A program made the translations under genes and the position numbers. The notes under the pieces are model-generated. The model was not told where the DNA came from, did not search any database, and saw only the letters and a program-made list of their open reading frames with translations. From NCBI RefSeq assembly GCF_964204645.1, contig NC_134029.1:16300950-16364949 (forward strand): a DNA stretch of 64,000 nucleotides. Direction: 5' to 3'. Below, piece after piece: positions 22,237-35,738 of the stretch (its first letter is position 1; every line of letters begins with the position of its first letter). The DNA is from Tubulanus polymorphus (taxonomy: Eukaryota; Animalia; Nemertea).

Positions 22237-23876
22237 GGACACTATGTTCCTGTCTCGACCCTTCACATCTGTCTCTACTCTCTAGACAGTCCCATGGACG
22301 CTATGTTCCCGTCTCGACCCTTCAAAACTGTCTCTACTCTCTACACAGTCCCGTAGACACTATGTTTCCGTCTCGACCCTTCAAACTTGTCTGTACTCTC
22401 TACACTGTTCCGTGGACACTATGTTCCCGTCTCGACCCTTCAAACTTGTCTGTACTCTCTACACTGTCCCGTGGACACTACGTTCCCGTCTCGACCCTTC
22501 AAATCTGTATGTACTCTCTACACAGTCCCGTGGACGCTATGTTCCCGTATCGACCCTTCAAATCTGTCTGTACTCTCTACACAGTCCCGTGGACGCAATG
22601 TTCCCGTCTCGACCCCTCAAAACTGTCTCTACTCTCTACACAGTCCCGTAGACACTATGTTCCCGTCTCGACCCTTCAAACTTGTCTGTACTCTCTACAC
22701 TGTCCCGTGGACACTATGTTCCCGTCTCGACCCTTCAAATCTGTCTGTACTCTCTACACAGTCCCATGGACGCTATGTTCCCGTATCGACCCTTCAAATC
22801 TGTCTGTACTCTCTACACAGTCCCGTGGACGCAATGTTCCCGTCTCGACCCCTCAAAACTGTCTCTACTCTCTACACAGTCCCGTAGACACTATGTTTCC
22901 GTCTCGACCCTTCAAACTTGTCTGTACTCTCAAGTTCAAGTTCAAATTTATTTCACAGAAAGCATGACAGGCTATGTACACAGGTTGAGAGAAAACAAAC
23001 AATAAAATTTACAATTTTTTTAAACAAAGCACAATTATAAAAAGAGAGAGAGAACAGTAGCTTTCAGTGTGGGCCAAGCAAAGCCTTTAGGCCGCTGTCG
23101 CAAGCACCCAGGGAAAAAACGAAAGGGAAATGAAGAAATAAAGGAGAAGGAAATGAAAGTTGATGATTTTTGATAATTACAGGAGAGTTTATATGAGTAA
23201 GCTAGAGGGTTCAGGAGAGTGAGCAATTATAACGATTAGGGTTATTACATTGATGGATATCATTGTAGGCGGAGGTGAGATATGGTCTGAGTTTACGTTT
23301 TAAATTTTGTTTGCTTGTTTGTAGGATGTCATTGGAAAAAGGTAGTTTTTGCCAGATGTTTGAAAGAATGTTTTGAGGTGAATTTTGATGCGGGGTTGGC
23401 GGTGTTTGTTTTGAAAATAAAGAATATGCGTGGTCTACTGGAGGTGTCTCTACACTGTCCCGTGGACACTATGTTTCCGTCTCGACCCTTCAAACCTGTC
23501 TGTACTCTCTACACAGTCCCGTGGACACTATGTTCCCGTCTCGACCCTTCAAACTTGTCTGTACTCTCTACACTGTCCCATGGACACTATGTTCCCGTCT
23601 CGACCCTTCAAATCTGTCTGTACTCTCTACATAGTCCCGTGGACGCTATGTTCCCGTCTCGACCCTTCAAAACTGTCTCTACTCTCCACAATCCCGTGGA
23701 CGCTATGTTCCCGTCTCGACCCTTCACTCCTGTCTCTACTCTCTACACAGTCCCGTGGACACTATGTTCCCGTCTCGACCCTTTAAAACTGTCTTTACCC
23801 TCTACACAGTTTCGTGGACACCATGTTCCTGTCTCGACCCGTCACATCTGTCTCTACTCTCTAGACAGTCCCGTGG
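22237..23876 (+). repeat. 59-bp tandem satellite, interrupted at 22932-23446
   Basis: Unit GGACACTATGTTCCCGTCTCGACCCTTCAAACTTGTCTGTACTCTCTACACAGTCCCGT; period 59 (e.g. 22414 to 22473). Confidence 0.95.
22932..23446 (-). mobile_element. 5'-truncated CR1/L2-group LINE 3' end inserted in the 59-bp array
   Basis: The minus strand ends AATAAATTTGAACTTGAACTTG (short-repeat tail) and encodes ..NIWQKLP..LKRKLRPYL..QCNNPNRYNC, like ORF2 C-termini. Confidence 0.65.
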
Positions 23877-24659
23877 TTTAATGTAGAATGCAGATAATTG
23901 AAAATATCAAATGCACTTTTTCAGACTAGACGACGCAGCAGTTTTTTCTATGAATTGCCACAGTCAGCTGCTAAATATTGTATTTGTAAAAAAATCGACA
24001 CAGGAGGGTTAGTGTATCATGATTACATACATAGCTCTAATAAGATTATTATAATTCTGAATTACATTAGATATTTGATATTTTGTAGCTTATACATCGC
24101 ATGCGAAATGTGCGTCAGCAGTAAAAGAATGGTACTTGGAAAAAACAAATGACCAGTTCCACAGTTATTTAGCCCTTTAGTTGATTTGAATTGTATTAAA
24201 AGTAGAATCAAATTTTAACTGGAAACCCTGTAACTGGATCTAGGTTCCTATAAATCATACTTTTTATACGTATTTACCTTTGCAGCTTATCCTAGATTAT
24301 TGTATTTTTGTATCAAACGTTGAAAAGGATCTATGTAGTGAATCTTCTATTTCGAAGTAATTAATTATTTATGCCATGCATCAATCAAAATTTGATATCC
24401 AATATTTCAGAAAATAATTCGGGGGCTTGCAGCAACAAGAGCTCGTCAGGTTTGTTATTTACAATATATGCGTTAATGTTGTGTTAAGTCCATGATAAAT
24501 GAAAAATGGCACACTTTGTTTTAGGTTCCAGTTTGCAGATTAAAAGATGTCAGTGAGTTAGGTGGAAAACGGAAGATCTTTTGTTTCTGTTCAAATAAAT
24601 GGTGAGTTTCGCATGCAGTTAAATCTTCGCTCCCATCAGGTATGGTGGGTTTGTAAAGG

Positions 24660-24815
24660 ACACCAAAAATCTTTTTGTTATTGTAGTAAGAAAGTGATAG
24701 TTTGCAATGGATTTAATTGCAACTGGGCCATACACCCAGAGTGTATAGGTGGAAATTCGGATGACTACACGTTCAATAATTCTTACCGTTGTCCCATGTG
24801 CCAAATTGAGAAGTT
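24660..24815 (+). pseudogene. PHD-finger-like exon fragment of a degenerate spliced gene or transposase
   Basis: FCYC..IVCNGFNC..AIHPECIG..YRCPMC fits C4HC3 spacing. AG/GT splice-like sites nearby. Confidence 0.45.
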
Positions 24816-27225
24816 GCGAAGAACATGGGAGGTAATTCAAGTTTTTTTGACTAATCGGCTTTTGTGTTCTTGTTGATTTTATTCGATGGGCCACGCAAAA
24901 CAGATTTCAGTGCCAGTTGAATTTGTTTGCTTTTTGCTATTTCTTGAATAATATCGAATTTTAGGATGCATTGTTTAAAGATGGAAATGAGAAAAAAATG
25001 TATCTGTTGCAAAGAACTTGAGATAAGGTGGGTGTAGGATATGAGAGTTAGTGAGCAAAACTTCATCACTCACCACCCCATGTGCAAATACATGTATATT
25101 TATTTTTTAAGGTTTCCTGACTAGGTGATCTGTGGGGCGTGTTTTCAGAAAATTGAACCAGACACTTCAGAAAACGATGATGGTCGCCAAGTCCCTCTCA
25201 AGTATTTATTGGAAAAACGGCGCGCAATTGTAAGAATTTTATTTTCAACTTGCGTAAAGCATGCTACTCAAGTTGCAAATAGATCTCACGTCAGTTTCAT
25301 ATATATCCTATAAAAGGCAAAAGAGCCTTGGTGGCTTTCAGCTTAATCTTGCCAACGACGGATTGATTGTAAATGTGCCCATGTGCATCTATTTTGATGT
25401 ACAGTATTTTCATTTTTTTACAACTTGATGACCTCAACCGATATATAACAAATACATCGACTCAAGAACAGTGTTTGTAAGCTTTGATTTATATTCTGCT
25501 TGCAATTGTGACTTACAGTTTTAATTGCTCTTAAGATGAAAGCATACTATATGTACGGTACGGCAGTACTTGTAAATGCTGAAATCCATCCGAAAATATC
25601 AAATATTCAAAGTTACATCGCACACGACATTTTGTATAGGCCCACTTTGAATTCGATTTTATCAATATTTTCCAGGCTTGTCCAAAAATATATACGTCAT
25701 CTGAACCACTATCAAGCAAAGGACACGGTGTAATGGGTATTCGTCGAAGTGTTCTAAACTTCATCTATGTTTGGGCCACGCAAGCAATATGCAAAAAGAT
25801 TTATCTACACCCAAGGTACGGTACACCAAGAATATGATTCGCTGCACCATTACAAAAGATCACTATCATGATTTGATATCAATGATTTGTTGCTATTTCA
25901 ATTTCCTTTTTAAGTATGTATATACAGTACCAACCGGTTTTACGCATTCAATTCATGGCACCACCGAATAAAATCATATCGTACATTCTGAAAGACTGGA
26001 TAAGGTAAGGTCGAGTCCATTACGTAAAACCTCACTTGCTCTTACAATATGCGTTTCATGCATATACTATAATCAACAGTTTTTTCATGTCGTTACATTT
26101 TTAGTGGACACAGGTTTATTGAAACCAAAGATGGAGGCTGTGTGTTATCTTGTATCAAGATATTTCGATATAAGTTATGATTTGTCATTCACGATTTGTC
26201 GGGCTACAACAGGCAGAAATGATAAAGAAATTCAGATGAGAATGAAAGCCTTTCGTATTGAAGACCACGGGATTCAGCCAAGGAACAGTGGAGCCTAGTT
26301 ATACTTCTGATATACCGATTTATCGGTTATCAAAAACCTAGAATTTCGGCCAATATGACAATTGTCGGTTGTAATAATTTGGTTCCTTGCGTTCATTTAA
26401 ATGAGTTTGCATTGTCAAATGTGTTTAGTACATACTTATTCCTGAGAATTGCACTAAATTTGTAGAAATTTGCCTTGTGTAGATATATCAATATTCAGTC
26501 TGTCAGCATCGATTTTGTAGATTTTTCATGATTTTAATCAATAAATATTTGACCACCTGTAATATTCATTTCCATTTTTTAAAAAGGTTCGTCCCACTGA
26601 CTGGAAATATTACAAACCAAATATAGCTGCAAAGCAGCGATGACGGGTTTTCTGTAAAGCCATTCAGAATGATGGGAATTGTAGTAAATTGAAATATCGA
26701 TACATAGAATAAAAAGCATTGACAGATTCGAACCTAATATGCAACCACTGTGTAAACGTCAAATATGATTCAGCTTTGAAACTGAACATACGCGGATGTA
26801 CAATCACAAATATTAATATATTTGACCAGGCATTTATTTTGGCATTCAAACATCATGATACTGTATTATCACTATCCTTAAAAATGGATCTGTCCTATTA
26901 AGAACTCATCTTAAGCACATGCTGAGCCGATAGATTGATTGAATTCACAGATAAGAACGTATTATGATTTAGAATAGATTTAAGAAGTTAATGTTTTTAT
27001 TGAAATATTTAAATAAATACATATATTGTAGTGTAGATTCAATCAATAAATTATAAATTGATTTGGTCTGGGTTTCCGGCTGATGTTGATTTTGGCGTTT
27101 ATGGATTACAAATTCTATAGTGATAAACAATTGATACCTGCAACATGTGTGTAAATCAAACCTATTCCACAAGTTGCGTGTGTTTCCTAATAAACGGGAG
27201 AGTCACTCTTGATCTGAGTTATTAG

Positions 27226-27762
27226 AACTAGGGGTCCAGGGACACCATGCCCACTTGGGAAGTGGTTCCAAATGCTCAACAATCTAACAATTCAGGTATC
27301 AAAGGTATAAAACATCCCTTTTCAAAGAATACCCATCACAAACTGCAATGAGAAATGGCAAACTCAGAATTCAGGCCAAAATTGACATTTTTGGACACTA
27401 AAAAAGGTCATAGGACGGTCATCTTGAGTCCATATCCCAATTTTTGTTATGCTGATGGGCCCAGGGGGCATTCACATATATCCGAAAGATCAAGGTAATT
27501 GATCAAAGCATCTTCAAAATTTCCCTCAAAAAGTTCAAAAATGTGTAAAAAGTGTTGATTTTGGCGAATAACAATGGCTGCCAGTCGGCCATCTTGATTC
27601 TGACAGCCAGTTTTTGGGCTGAAGATGTGTCTAGGGTAGATACATGTGTAACCCAAATATCAAGACATTACATTGAAGCGTCTTTAAAACTTCCTAAAAT
27701 AACTGATTTCGAAAAGTGAACGCGATAGCCCGCTGGGACTAAAGTCCCAAGTGGGCTAAAAA
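27226..27762 (-). mobile_element. HINE family B short form
   Basis: Reverse complement of 9464-10023, with the GTCC microsatellite deleted. Confidence 0.8.
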
Positions 27763-28594
27763 TAATGTTCATTTAGTTATAGAAATTCATTGCCTTTTTG
27801 GAGTTTCTGTAATAATATTTGTTCTGCCCTAATTTTTATTACTGTATGAACCAATGATATGCTTTGTAAATATGATGTAATAAAATAAATTTGAATTAAA
27901 TTTGAACATGAGAATCAAGCATAACTTGTGTTTTTTCAACTTGTCTTACTTGTCTTTTGTTAACAGTTCCAGAGTTTCAATTACAATCAAATCCAAATTG
28001 GCTAAAAAGTACATAGGACTAAATGAAATGAACCGTTAGTTAGGCCTACTGCAAACCTATTCCAGTGTTATGTCGATCGTGTTGAATCACATTCCTTGAG
28101 TTAAAAGAATCAGATCTTCTATGGTACAACATCGGTAGAAGAGAGATATCTTGGTGTTGACGGTCCTTGACCATCTAACTTCATGCGTTTGACATTGGAA
28201 TCAGCATCATACCCATTTGAACTGCAAAATATTCATACAACATGAAAACCTACAGTACATGTATACAGTAATCAAACTTTCACCGATGTTGGATATTTGA
28301 ATGAACATTAGGTTTATTTCAGTATTCTAAAGCAGGAAATAATAAGCCCAATCAATAGGCCCTATTCCCAGTACCGTAGTATACCTAGTACCGTACACTT
28401 ATCAGTCAAGAATGGAGAAATCGGTATACCAAACCTACGAACAGCAAAATGTACAGGCCTACAATGATTTCTGGTATACAAGCCGTGACCACATTGACTA
28501 TTAATGTCAGCAGGTCAGAGAAGGCCTGGCCAAATTTAATCGCATGGCTCAAATCAATTTGCCTTTCTGCGTGTGAATACTTCACTGTATTGTG

Positions 28595-28756
28595 GGATCA
28601 TTCATTTATTACGTACGCATTAGGGGAGGGGGAGGGGTCAGGGCAATTACGTACTGTAATGCTTAATGTACATGAAAAAATGGCAGATTTTGCGTACAGA
28701 GGGAGAGGGGGGTTGAAATAATCAAATTTTATGCGTACGTAATAAATGAATATTCC
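28595..28756. mobile_element. ~160-bp MITE
   Basis: TIRs GGATCATTCATTTATTACGTACGCA / TGCGTACGTAATAAATGAATATTCC. Confidence 0.7.
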
Positions 28757-30074
28757 TGTTTTAAAAATAGGCCTATCGAGTGAATTAGTACATAGACTGA
28801 ATTAGACTTTAGGCTAGTCCTGGCCAAATCATATCCATGTTATAATTGCACCAGTTATAGTAACATCATTGTAGGAGGATGACCGCCGACGAAAGGGAAA
28901 AAGTTGTGTTTGTAGTACATAGGCATGGTAGGCTTGTCGTACTCACTTAATACCCGGTACTTAAAACACTGTTGTTACCTGTACGTGACTGTACGGTGAT
29001 TTCTACAGGTTAGCCGTATGTGAGTACGTTGACGCTCAGACTTGCAATATTGGGATTCGAAACCAAACGAAAAAAAAATCCAGTTGCAGTCCAGTGATTT
29101 ACCCACATTGCCACAGAACGTAACTGCAGGGTAGATGAAATTTGATTTACAAATTGCCTAGCCTCACCTAACCCAAACTCTATTCTTTCACGCCTGCACG
29201 TTTGCAGATTATAGGAACTAACTTACGGCCTTTTTAGGGAACTCACGTACGGTTAACCTGTGGATATCACCGTACAGTCACTGGCACGTACGGGTAACAA
29301 CTTCGTACTTGAAAAATGGTAATTGGCGGTAAAAGTGCAGATCTGCATTTATTCGCAGTACGCACCAACCGGCACAGGCCTAACTGTTTGTCAACTGTGT
29401 GTACCGTAGTAGGCTATCGATAATCACCTGATACTTTTCTGTCGTTTGTTTTCTCTTTCTCTGAGACGAACGCAATTCTAGTAGCCCTCGGCGACTCAAC
29501 GACCTTGATTTAAACTTGATCAATTCAAAATCTGTTTATTGACGCTTTTGGTTACATGAACTGATCAGCAATATACTTAAATGAAATAACCGGAATAACA
29601 AGAAATCAAAAATATTTAAGTGGTAACAAACAAATGCCCGTAAACCTGTCAGACACGCGAACGCCGGACTCGTAAACTCTTGGACTCGGACCCGCTGAGC
29701 AATAAATTCATAAAATTGACTTTGAAATTGATTGTGGAGAAGAGAGTGAATAATTCGATAGCTCTTCCTCATAAAGAAGAGAGAAATTTCGGAAAGAAAA
29801 CACAACATGGCTACTAATTGAACAGGGCAAAATTTCCGATGTTTACGGCTCGACAGTGCCTTTATAACGTGGATTTATCAAAATTCCCATGCAATATCTG
29901 GAGATTGAAGTGAGCTGAAGGATATCATACGGATTGTTTCGGCGACAGCGGTAAGGTAAGGAAGCCTTTACACTTTTAACAAAAACTATGTGGAAAAGGG
30001 AAAAAAAATAATAAATATAGCTGCAAAGCAGCGATAACGGGTTTTCTGCACAGTCTTAGAATCCTGTTCAACGG

Positions 30075-30310
30075 TGGATTTCAACAAAGCATTTGATAAG
30101 GCTCAACATCAGCCATTACTAAAGAGGCTATTAGGAAACAGTATCAATGATAGGTCGCCCAAATGGCTCAGCAGTTATCTCTGAACGGAAACTTGTAACC
30201 GAAATCAACGGAACGCCTCATCTTGGAATGATACGGTCTAACTAGTGGAGTCACGCAAGGTAGTATCCTAAGTCGTCTTCTGTTTAATGTCCTGACAAAT
30301 GACATACACA
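30075..30310 (+). pseudogene. Captured non-LTR (CR1/L2-like) reverse transcriptase fragment; repeated near 35185, 43530 and 53980
   Basis: VDFNKAFDK..H..LLKRL..W..SYL / SERK..EING / TSGVTQGSILSRLLFNVLTNDI, with two frameshifts. Confidence 0.85.
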
Positions 30311-30629
30311 GTAATCCAAAATATACCGGACCGAGTAAATTTCCAAAACGACCTTACCACACTGTTCGACCAAAAAACTTAATGTTCCGACAAAACCACG
30401 GGGACAAAACCAAAATTATGAATTGTCGCGGGTGACAAAACCAAAATATTGAATTGTCACGGGCGACAAAACAAAAATAATGAATTGTCGAGGGCGATAA
30501 AACCAAAATAATGAATTGTCGCGGGCGATAAAACCACAATAATGAATTGTCGCGGGCGTTAAAACCAAAATATTGAATTGTTGCGTGCGACAAAACCAGA
30601 ATAATGAATTGTCGCGGGCGACAAAACCA

Positions 30630-32044
30630 AACTAGGGGTCCAGGGACACCATACTCACTTGGGAAGTGGTTTCAAATGCTCAACAATCTAACAATTTCAA
30701 TACACAACGCCCTCTAGTGACCATATACAAAAACCAATGACATTGAATCCCACCACAATCATAGAACATGTGAGCAGCTATGATTTTGTAATTGATTGTG
30801 ATAACAAAATATGCCTCGTTACCAATTGATTAAGGAAATACGTTATTCTACTATTCAACGCCCCTGGTGACCATATGCAAAACGCAATTACCTTAAAACT
30901 CACCACAATTGTAGTAATTGTCATGAAATACAACTTTGCAATTGATCATAGTAACAAAATATGCCTAGGTACCAATCTAATAAGGAAATACTAAGCCATT
31001 CTACTATTCAACGCCCCCTGGTGACTATATGGAATAACTAATGTCTTTAAAAACTCACCACAAACATAGACGATGTCATGATCTACAACTTTGCAATGGA
31101 TCATGGTAACAAACTATGCCTAGGTACCAATCTAATAAGGAAAAACTGAGCTTTTCTACTATTCAACGCCGCCTGGTGACTATATGGAATAACTAATGTC
31201 CTTAAAAACTCACCACAATCATAGACGATGTCATGAACTACAACTTCGCAATTGATCATGGTAACAAAATATGCCTTGGTACAAATATAATATAGCAATA
31301 CTAAGTTATTGTATTATTCAACGCCCCCTGATGGCCACATATTAAAACCAATGACCTTGAAACTCACAAAAATCATAGAACACGTTATGGGCTACAACTT
31401 TCCAATTGAATATAGTAACACAATATGCTTAGGTATCGATTTAATGCGGAAAAACTTTTTCCCACCTACGAATGAGTACTGATGACACCAAGATGGCCGC
31501 CAATTGCGTCATAATTTGCTGATCAAAAATACCTGTCCCAGGTATAAAACATCCCTCTCTAAGGAATACCCATCAGCAATTGCAATGAGAAATGGCAAAC
31601 CAGTAGGAAGCTACAGGACCTAGAATTATGGCCAAAATTGACATTTTTGGGCACCAAAAAGGTCATAGGACGGCCATCTTGAGTCAGATCGACCCAATTT
31701 TCTTATGCTGATGGGCCTTTGGTAGATTCAAATATAAACGAAAGATCAAGGTAATTGATCGAAGCGTCTTCAAAATTTCCCACGAAAACTTCGAAAATGT
31801 TTAAAAAGTGCTGATTTTGGCAAACAACAATGGCTGCCAGTCGGCCATCTTGAATCTGACAGGGCCAGTTTTTGGGCTGACGATGTGTCTAGGGTAGATA
31901 CATGTATAAACCAAATATCAAGACATTACCTTGAAGCGTCTTCAAAACTTCTTAAAATAACTGGATTCCGTCTATGGAGGGACGGACGGACGAAAAGTGA
32001 ACACAATAGCCCGCTGGGACTAAAGTCCCAAGTGGACTGAAAAA
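30630..32044 (-). mobile_element. HINE family B long form with five ~153-bp internal tandem units
   Basis: Same termini as 9464-10023. CAACGCC..GTGACCATAT-type units at about 30706, 30857, 31010, 31164 and 31320. Confidence 0.8.
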
Positions 32045-34085
32045 GAATTGTCGCGGGCGACAAAACCAAACTAATGAATTGTCGCGGGTGATAAAACCAA
32101 AAATATTGAATTGTCGCAGGCGACAAAACCAAACTAATGAATTGTCGCGGGCGATAAAACCAAACTAATGAATTGTCGCGGGCGATAAAACAAAAATATT
32201 GAATTGTCGTGGGCGATAAAACCAAAATAATGAATTGTCTCGGGCGATAAAACCAAAATAATGAATTGTCGCGGGCGACAAAACCAAAATAATTAATTGT
32301 CGCGGGCGATAAAACCAAAATAATGAATTGTCTCGGGCGACAAAACCAAAATATTGAATTGTCGCGGGCGACAAAACCAAAAAAAGAATTGTCGGGGCGA
32401 CAAAACCAAAATAATGAATTGTCGGGGCGACAAAACCAAAATAATGAATAGTCGCGGGCAATAAAACCAAAATAATGAATTGTCGCGGGCGACAAAACCA
32501 AAATGGTGAATTGTCGCGGGCGACAAAACCAAAATAATGAATTGTCGCGGGCGATAAAACAGTAATAATGAATTGTCGTGGGCGATAAAACCAAAATAAT
32601 GAATTATCGCGGGCGATAAAACCAAAATATTGAATTGTCGCGGGCGATAAAACCAAAATAATGAATTGTCGTGGGCAACAAAACCAAAATATTGAATTGT
32701 CGCGGGCGACAAAAACAAGGTATAAAACCAAAATAATGAATTGTCGCGGGCGTCAAAACCAAAAACAAGAATTGTCGCGGGCGACAAAACCAAAATAATG
32801 AATTGTCGCTGGAGATAAAACCAAAGTAATGAATTGTCACGGGCGATAAAACGAAAATATTGAATTGTCGCGGGCGACGAAACCAAACTAATGAATTGTC
32901 ACGGGCAACAAAACCAAAAAAAGAATTGTCGGGGCGACAAAACCAAAATATTGAATTGTCGCGGGCGATAAAACCAAAATAATGAATTGTCGTGGGCAAC
33001 AAAACCAAAATATTGAATTGTCGCGGGCGACAAAAACAAGGTATAAAACCAAAATAATGAATTGTCGCGGGCGTCAAAACCAAAAACAAGAATTGTCGCG
33101 GGCGACAAAACCAAAATAATGAATTGTCGCTGGAGATAAAACCAAAGTAATGAATTGTCACGGGCGATAAAACCAAAATATTGAATTGTCGCGGGCGACG
33201 AAACCAAACTAATGAATTGTCACGGGCAACAAAACCAAAAAAGAATTGTCGGGGCGACAAAACCAAAATAATGAGTTGTCGCGGGCGATAAAACCAAAAT
33301 AATGAATTATCGTGGGCGATAAAACCAAAATATTGAATTGTCGCGGGCGATGAAACCAAAATAATGATTTGTCGCGGGCAACAAAACCAAAATATTGAAT
33401 TGTCGCGGGCGGCAAAACCAAAAAAAAAATTGTCGCGGGCGACAAAACCAAAATAATGAATTGTCGCTGGAGATAAAACCAAAGTAATGAATTGTCGTGG
33501 GCGTCAAAATCAAAATAATTAATTGTCTCTGGAGATAAAACCAAAGTAATGAATTGTCGTGGGCGATAAAACCAAAATATTGAATTGTCGCGGGCGGCAA
33601 AACCAAAAAAAGAATTGTCGGGGCGACAAAACCAAAATAATGAATTGTCGCGGGCGATAAAACCAAAATAATGAATTGTCGCGGGCGACAAAACCAAAAT
33701 GGTGAATTGTCGCGGGCGACAAAACCAAAATAATGAATTGTCGCGGGCGATAAAACAGTAATAATGAATTGTCGCGGGCGATAAAACCAAAATAATGAAT
33801 TTTCTCACGCGACAAAACCAAAATAATGAATTATCGCGGGCGATAAAACCAAAATGTTGAATTGTCACAGGCGATAAAACCAAAATATTGAATTGTCGCG
33901 GGCGACAAAACCAAAAAAAAAATTGTCGCGGGCGACAAAAACAAAATATAAAACCAAAATAATGAATTGTCGCGGGCGACAAAACCAAAATAATGCATTG
34001 TCGCTGGCGATAAAACCAAAGTAATGAATTGTCGTGGGCGATAAAACCAAAATAATGAATTGTCGCGGGCGACAAAATCAAAATC
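32045..34085 (+). repeat. 31-bp satellite array (also 30390-30630)
   Basis: Unit AAAACCAAAATAATGAATTGTCGCGGGCGA(T/C). Confidence 0.97.
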
Positions 34086-35738
34086 ATTGTTTTCTTGCGT
34101 TATTTTAGTTTTGTCGTAATGTCGCCCTCATTTGCATATTCGTGTTTTTTTTATCTTATCAGCCACCATACTAAAGCTTTAAGGTCGCGTAAAACTCGAT
34201 AAACACTTCAAGCGACACAGCGAACGATCTCCTTTCCCCCACAGCGAACGCTTACTCCGAATGTCAAGTGTGAGTCCAGCATACGGATAGGAGTGTGTTA
34301 TATACTTGTATTTAGTAAATACCTTGTGGATTTGACAATGATCGGTATGTACTGTAGGAAATATAGAGTATTGATGGTATTGATATAGAGGGCCGCGGCC
34401 GAATAAAGTAATATATTCTTTTATTTTGATACCTCGTCGACATAACAGCTTTTCTCCGCTATATCCCTTCGGCGTGTTTAGTTTAGGCCTACGACTCCCC
34501 GGTACACTTATGATTTATCTTAGTAAAAACACGGTAAATTTGGTAAAGAAAAATAGGTATTGCTAAATTAACTGCTTGACGCCCACAGCCAAATCACTGG
34601 TAGTAATAAATTAATTTGTACTCGATTTGATTCTCAGAATGAGGAGAAACTCGCAGCTGATTCCCGGAACGACGATGTAGTGACACACGTCGATTTGTCG
34701 ATGTTTACGGCTCGACAGTGCTTTTAAAATCTAAAGTAGTAAATTTCCTGTGTATCAGTAATATAATTTGATGAGGAAAATGGGTTACTGTTAAAATTAG
34801 GTTTCAAAAACCGCGACAGAATGTGCAATCTTTCGGTAATGAATTTGTTAATTTATGCTTGAATTGAAAATCGATGTGACAAGAAACGTGCGGTAGATTT
34901 CGGAAAGACGACTTAGAAAAACATGTCGGCTCTTTGAATGGAGCTCAATTTTCGATGTTTACGGCCCGACAGTGCATTTGTAACGTTGATTCTTCAAAAT
35001 TCGCACGGAGTATTTGTAGATCGAACTGAGCTGAATGATATCAGACGGATTGTATCGGCAACAGCGGTAATATAAAAAAAGCCTATGTACTTTTGACAAA
35101 AAATGTGTGGAAAAAAATAATAAATATAGCTGCAAAGCAGCGATAACGGGTTTTCTGCACAGTCTTAGAATCCTGTTCAACGGTGGATTTCGACGAAGCA
35201 TTTGATAAGGCACAACATCAGCCATTACTAAACAGGCTATTAGGAAATAGTATCAATGATAGGTCGCCCAAATGGCTCATCAGTTATCTCTGAACGAAAA
35301 CTTGTAGCCGAAATCAACGGAACGCCTCATCTTGGAATAAGTCGGTCAAACTAGTGGAGTCACGCAAGGTCTATTCTAAGTTGTCTTCTGTTTAATGTCC
35401 TGACAAATAACATACACAGTAATCCAACATATACCAGACCGAGTAAATTTCCAAATCGACCTTAACACGCTGTTCGACCAAAAAACTTAATGTTCCAACA
35501 AGAAAATCTTGTTCGAATGAAAATAATTCTGTTTGATCGAACAATACGCTTTTTGCTTGAACCAAAAATTTTCTTCATTCTGACAAAAAATGTGTTCAAA
35601 TAAAAAGCTATGTTATTGTTGAAATGAAAAATTTTTAGTCCCGGCAAAAAAATTTGGTCGAGCGAAAACAATTTTTTCAAACGAATGTTTGAATGAAAAC
35701 AATTCTGTTCGATTGAACGAAATAGTTCATACTTTCGG

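Larger units (their letters stand above)
26620..30012 (-). mobile_element. HINE family A copy 2, inverted relative to 7062-10634; 5' head displaced
   Basis: Near-identical reverse complement of copy 1 (ORF pairs 7320/29536 and 10405/26664). Contains the same family B insert. Confidence 0.85.
30014..35121 (-). mobile_element. HINE family A-related composite unit B (satellite-bearing)
   Basis: 3' end AATATAGCTGCAAAGCAGCGATAACGGGTTTTCTG at 30014. Body shared with the units at 35123, 43471 and 53919. 5' head absent at 35121. Confidence 0.75.

Noticed and set aside
22362-23881. Overlapping ORFs with MFPSRPFK repeats
   Set aside because: Translations of the 59-bp satellite.
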